Positions 55,581 to 58,049 of a stretch of 58,049 bases of DNA are shown one piece after another. The translations under genes and the position numbers were made by a program. Below the pieces are notes generated by a model that saw nothing but the letters and a program-made list of their open reading frames with translations, was not told the DNA's origin and searched no databases. Source of the stretch: Myxococcales bacterium. Lineage in GTDB: Bacteria; Myxococcota_A; Polyangia; Polyangiales; Polyangiaceae. Numbering within the stretch: the first letter of the stretch is position 1; each line of letters begins with the position of its first letter. The DNA lies in contig JADJCA010000011.1 of NCBI GenBank assembly GCA_016703425.1, forward strand, positions 1 to 58,049. Reading direction: 5' to 3'.

Positions 55581-57412
55581 CGAATCACTCGGCCTCTCCC
55601 GAGCGGCGCACCGCCGCGCGCGCGCTGCGCCTTTGGCTGGCGCGCGTCGCTCTCGTCCTCTTCGTTCTGCAGTTCGTGGCCCTCGAGCTCGCCGTTCGCG
55701 GCGGCGGCGTCACGGGCGCGCGACGCTTCGTCGCGGCCCTCGCGAGCGTCCTCTTTTGCGGAGCCGTGCTGACGCTCGCCCGCGCCAAGTGGCGCGCCGC
55801 GGTCGGCGCCACCTTTGGACTCATCGCCGTCACGCAGGGAACGTTCGCCTACTTCTGGCACACGTTCCTCGACCGTCAGGTGGCCGAGAGCGCCGTCTAC
55901 CACGGAGCCGACGTGCGAGCCGTCCTCGGCGCCATGGCCCTTCGGGTCGTGAGCCTGGGCGCCACCGGCGCGCTCCTAGGCGGCGCGCTCGCGGTGATCG
56001 CAGGGCCGCTCCCGCTGGCGGCGCGAGCGCCGGTCCGCGCTTCCGCGGCGTGCGCGCTCCTCTTGCTGCTCGCCGCGGGGCCACCGCTCCGCGCGGCGAC
56101 GCCCGAGGTGGCGACGCTCGACGCGGTGGCGTTCGTGGCCACGCGCAGCGCGCGGAGCAGCGCGCGCGTCGAGAGCCGCGCGGCCGTTCCGGCGGTGGAG
56201 GTGCCCGCGGGGCGGGCCTTGCCGAACGTCGTGTTCGTGCTCACCGAGAGCGTGCGTGCCGATGATGGCTGCGCCGCGCCGAACGCGCCGTGTCCCACGA
56301 TGCCGCGTGTTCATGGGCTCATGCGCGATCGAATTCCGCTCCTGGGCATGCGCGCCGTGAGCAGCTACACCGCCGTGTCGCTCTCGGCGCTCCTGACGGG
56401 ACGCACGCAAGAGGGACCTCGCGAGAGCATTGCCACCGCGCCCACGCTGTTCGATTTGGTGCGCGCCACCACGCGGAGCGAGCAGCGGCCCTACGTGGCC
56501 TTCTGGTCTGCGCAGATGGCTTCGGTCTTCGAGCGCGCCGAGGTGGCGCGTTCGGTGGACTCCTTCGTGAGCGTCGAGACCCTCGTGGGGCGCGCCATCG
56601 AGGACGAGGACGAGGTCGTGGACCGCGGCGTCGACGCGCTCCTGGCGAACCACGTCGAGAAGGCCATCGCCGCCCTGCCCGAGCCGTTCTTCTTGTTCCT
56701 CCAATTGGCCGGCACGCACGCGCCCTACTACGTCGACGAGGCTCGCGCGCCGTTCGTTCCCTGGTCGCGCACCGTGTCGTGGTCGAAGCTCCCGGAGCTG
56801 CGAAGCGCGTACAAGAACGCCATCGTGGCGCAAGACGCGTCGGTGGCGCGAATGCTAGAGCGCATCTTCGACAGGAACGGCAAGGCGCCGCTCGTCGTCC
56901 TCTTCACGAGCGACCATGGCGAGGCCTTCGGCGAACACGGCGCCATCCACCACGGTCAAAACGTCTACGACGAGCAGCTCCACGTCCCCGCGTGGATCGC
57001 GTCGCGCAACGGCGCTCTCTCCGGCACCGCGCTCGGGCACCTTGCGGCGCGGCGCGACCGCACGGCGACGCACCTGGATCTCTTGCCAACGGTCCTCGAC
57101 GTCTACGGCACGTGGCAGAGCTTTGGGCTTCGTGAATTTACGCGCCGGCTGCCGGGGCGTTCGCTCCTCGATGCGCCGGCGCCCTTCGCGCCGGTGCCGA
57201 TCACGAACTGCACGACGATGTTTCCCTGTCCGCTTCACACGTGGGGCGTCCTCGGGGAGAGCGCGCTCTTGGGGGCGCAAGCGTGGGACGCCGACTGGCA
57301 CTGCCTCCCGCTCGAAGGAGCCAACGAGCCGAAGGCGGCGGCGTGCGAGGCGTTGCGGCGCGCCTCGATGACGTTCTTTGCGAAAAAGCCCAACGGCGCG
57401 CCCAACTATTGA
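55490..57412 (+). CDS. membrane-anchored sulfatase-superfamily protein (LTA-synthase/phosphoglycerol- or phosphoethanolamine-transferase-like). Start codon uncertain.
   Basis: N-terminal TM helices (VALVLFVLQFVALELAV, FVAALASVLFCGAVLTLA, ...). Alkaline-phosphatase-superfamily core with VVFVLTESVRAD (metal-binding region), LQLAGTHAPY and LVVLFTSDHGEAFGEHGAIHHGQNVYDEQLHVP. The only in-frame ATG (55490) overlaps the RHH gene by 90 nt. No GTG or TTG is available before the first TM. Confidence 0.7.
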   Translation: MGRPASVEGRAQRHPHDARHHDARTRRRHLTNHSASPERRTAARALRLWLARVALVLFVLQFVALELAVRGGGVTGARRFVAALASVLFCGAVLTLARAKWRAAVGATFGLIAVTQGTFAYFWHTFLDRQVAESAVYHGADVRAVLGAMALRVVSLGATGALLGGALAVIAGPLPLAARAPVRASAACALLLLLAAGPPLRAATPEVATLDAVAFVATRSARSSARVESRAAVPAVEVPAGRALPNVVFVLTESVRADDGCAAPNAPCPTMPRVHGLMRDRIPLLGMRAVSSYTAVSLSALLTGRTQEGPRESIATAPTLFDLVRATTRSEQRPYVAFWSAQMASVFERAEVARSVDSFVSVETLVGRAIEDEDEVVDRGVDALLANHVEKAIAALPEPFFLFLQLAGTHAPYYVDEARAPFVPWSRTVSWSKLPELRSAYKNAIVAQDASVARMLERIFDRNGKAPLVVLFTSDHGEAFGEHGAIHHGQNVYDEQLHVPAWIASRNGALSGTALGHLAARRDRTATHLDLLPTVLDVYGTWQSFGLREFTRRLPGRSLLDAPAPFAPVPITNCTTMFPCPLHTWGVLGESALLGAQAWDADWHCLPLEGANEPKAAACEALRRASMTFFAKKPNGAPNY

Positions 57413-57493
57413 GCGACGGTCGGGCTAGAAGGCGTGAGAAGCTGGGGCAGCCCGCGGCGGGCGGTTCTGCGATAAGCTCCCGCGCAAATTCGC

Positions 57494-58049
57494 ATGGTCT
57501 CGCCCAAGATATGGGTCCTCGCCCTCCTCCCGCTTGCCGGCCTCGTCGAGCTCGGCGCGCACCTCATCCAAACGCATTCGGTCGTCCCAACGTCAGACTG
57601 GGAAGGCGCGCGGGAGATCGTTAAGGGGTCGCTCAAGAAGGAGGACCTCCTCGCGTTCGCGCCGCGCTGGACGAGCCCCATCGGTCGCCAGGTCTTCGGT
57701 GACGAGCTGGCGACCATGGAGCGCATGGGCCGCGCCGACACGACGCGCTATGCGCGCGCCTTCGAAGTGTCGATCCGTGGCGGGCGCGATCGCGAGCTCG
57801 CGGGGTGGAAGGTGGCCGCCGAAGCGCGCTCGGGCGCCGTCACGGTTCGCACGCTCGAAAACCCAGCGTATGTCCCGATGCTCGATGACCTTCTGACGCA
57901 CGTCTCTCCGGAGCTCATGACGGTGGTCCGTCGCGATGCGCGCGGCGAGGTGCCGTGTCCCTGGTCGCCCGGCCCCGCCAGCGCCGGAGGGCTCGGCGCC
58001 GGCCCCGCCACGCCTCGCGAGCGCTTCGCGTGCGCCGGCGGCATCGTCG
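57494..58049 (+). CDS. 3'-partial CDS: secreted/periplasmic protein, function unknown
   Basis: ATG 57494 gives MVSPKIWVLALLPLAGLVELGAHLIQTHSV... (signal-peptide-like). The frame is open to the end of the window, so it is absent from the ORF track. Confidence 0.45.
   Translation, partial: MVSPKIWVLALLPLAGLVELGAHLIQTHSVVPTSDWEGAREIVKGSLKKEDLLAFAPRWTSPIGRQVFGDELATMERMGRADTTRYARAFEVSIRGGRDRELAGWKVAAEARSGAVTVRTLENPAYVPMLDDLLTHVSPELMTVVRRDARGEVPCPWSPGPASAGGLGAGPATPRERFACAGGIV

Noticed and set aside
1-58049. Mobile elements, integrases, transposases, prophage genes, rRNA
   Set aside because: No integrase, transposase, recombinase, phage structural or rRNA signatures were seen in any frame. The only mobility-like signals are the rearrangement scar at 3386–4099 and the orphan immunity gene.

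Overview
Very GC-rich (about 70%) bacterial chromosomal segment. Its gene content (several Hanks-type Ser/Thr kinases, three tandem bactofilins, a DUF4388 protein, an SNF2/SWIM helicase, a HEAT/beta-propeller giant, many lipoproteins and secreted Cys-rich proteins, a eukaryote-type UDP-sugar pyrophosphorylase) points to a myxobacterium (Myxococcota, Sorangiineae/Polyangiaceae-like). This is inference only; no search was possible. Most of the 58 kb is ordinary, densely packed core and signalling genes on both strands. Confidently recognisable genes are fadD, proC, ppsR, pyrE, rsmE, a GatB/YqeY protein, bacN/O/P-like bactofilins, and a LysR–hmgA–hppD tyrosine-catabolism unit. There are also two Ser/Thr kinases, two histidine kinases (one hybrid with a V4R ligand-binding domain), a REC-GGDEF-HDOD cyclase, a GAF/HD-GYP phosphodiesterase, a tetraheme cytochrome c with a thioredoxin lipoprotein, a flavin-dependent-halogenase-family protein, a transglutaminase-like/VWA(CoxE) pair and an SNF2 helicase. 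Four things stand out. (1) Coordinates 1–4300 look decayed: an ABC-F ATPase gene with many indel frameshifts, and a diverged mosaic copy of the fadD 3' end fused to the ABC-F 3' end, followed by a 14-bp tandem repeat. (2) An orphan, frameshifted Imm11/DUF1629-like immunity gene sits next to fadD. (3) A possible periplasmic-redox to c-di-GMP signalling module runs HK → secreted protein → cytochrome c → thioredoxin → REC-GGDEF-HDOD. (4) A putative aromatic-responsive module combines the V4R hybrid kinase, the halogenase-like flavoprotein and hmgA/hppD. Many genes carry single-nucleotide frameshifts; I cannot tell sequencing error from pseudogenisation. No rRNA, CRISPR or obvious mobile-element genes (transposase/integrase) were seen. 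tRNA-like intergenic sequence cannot be excluded by eye. Long antisense ORFs in the track are treated as GC artefacts.
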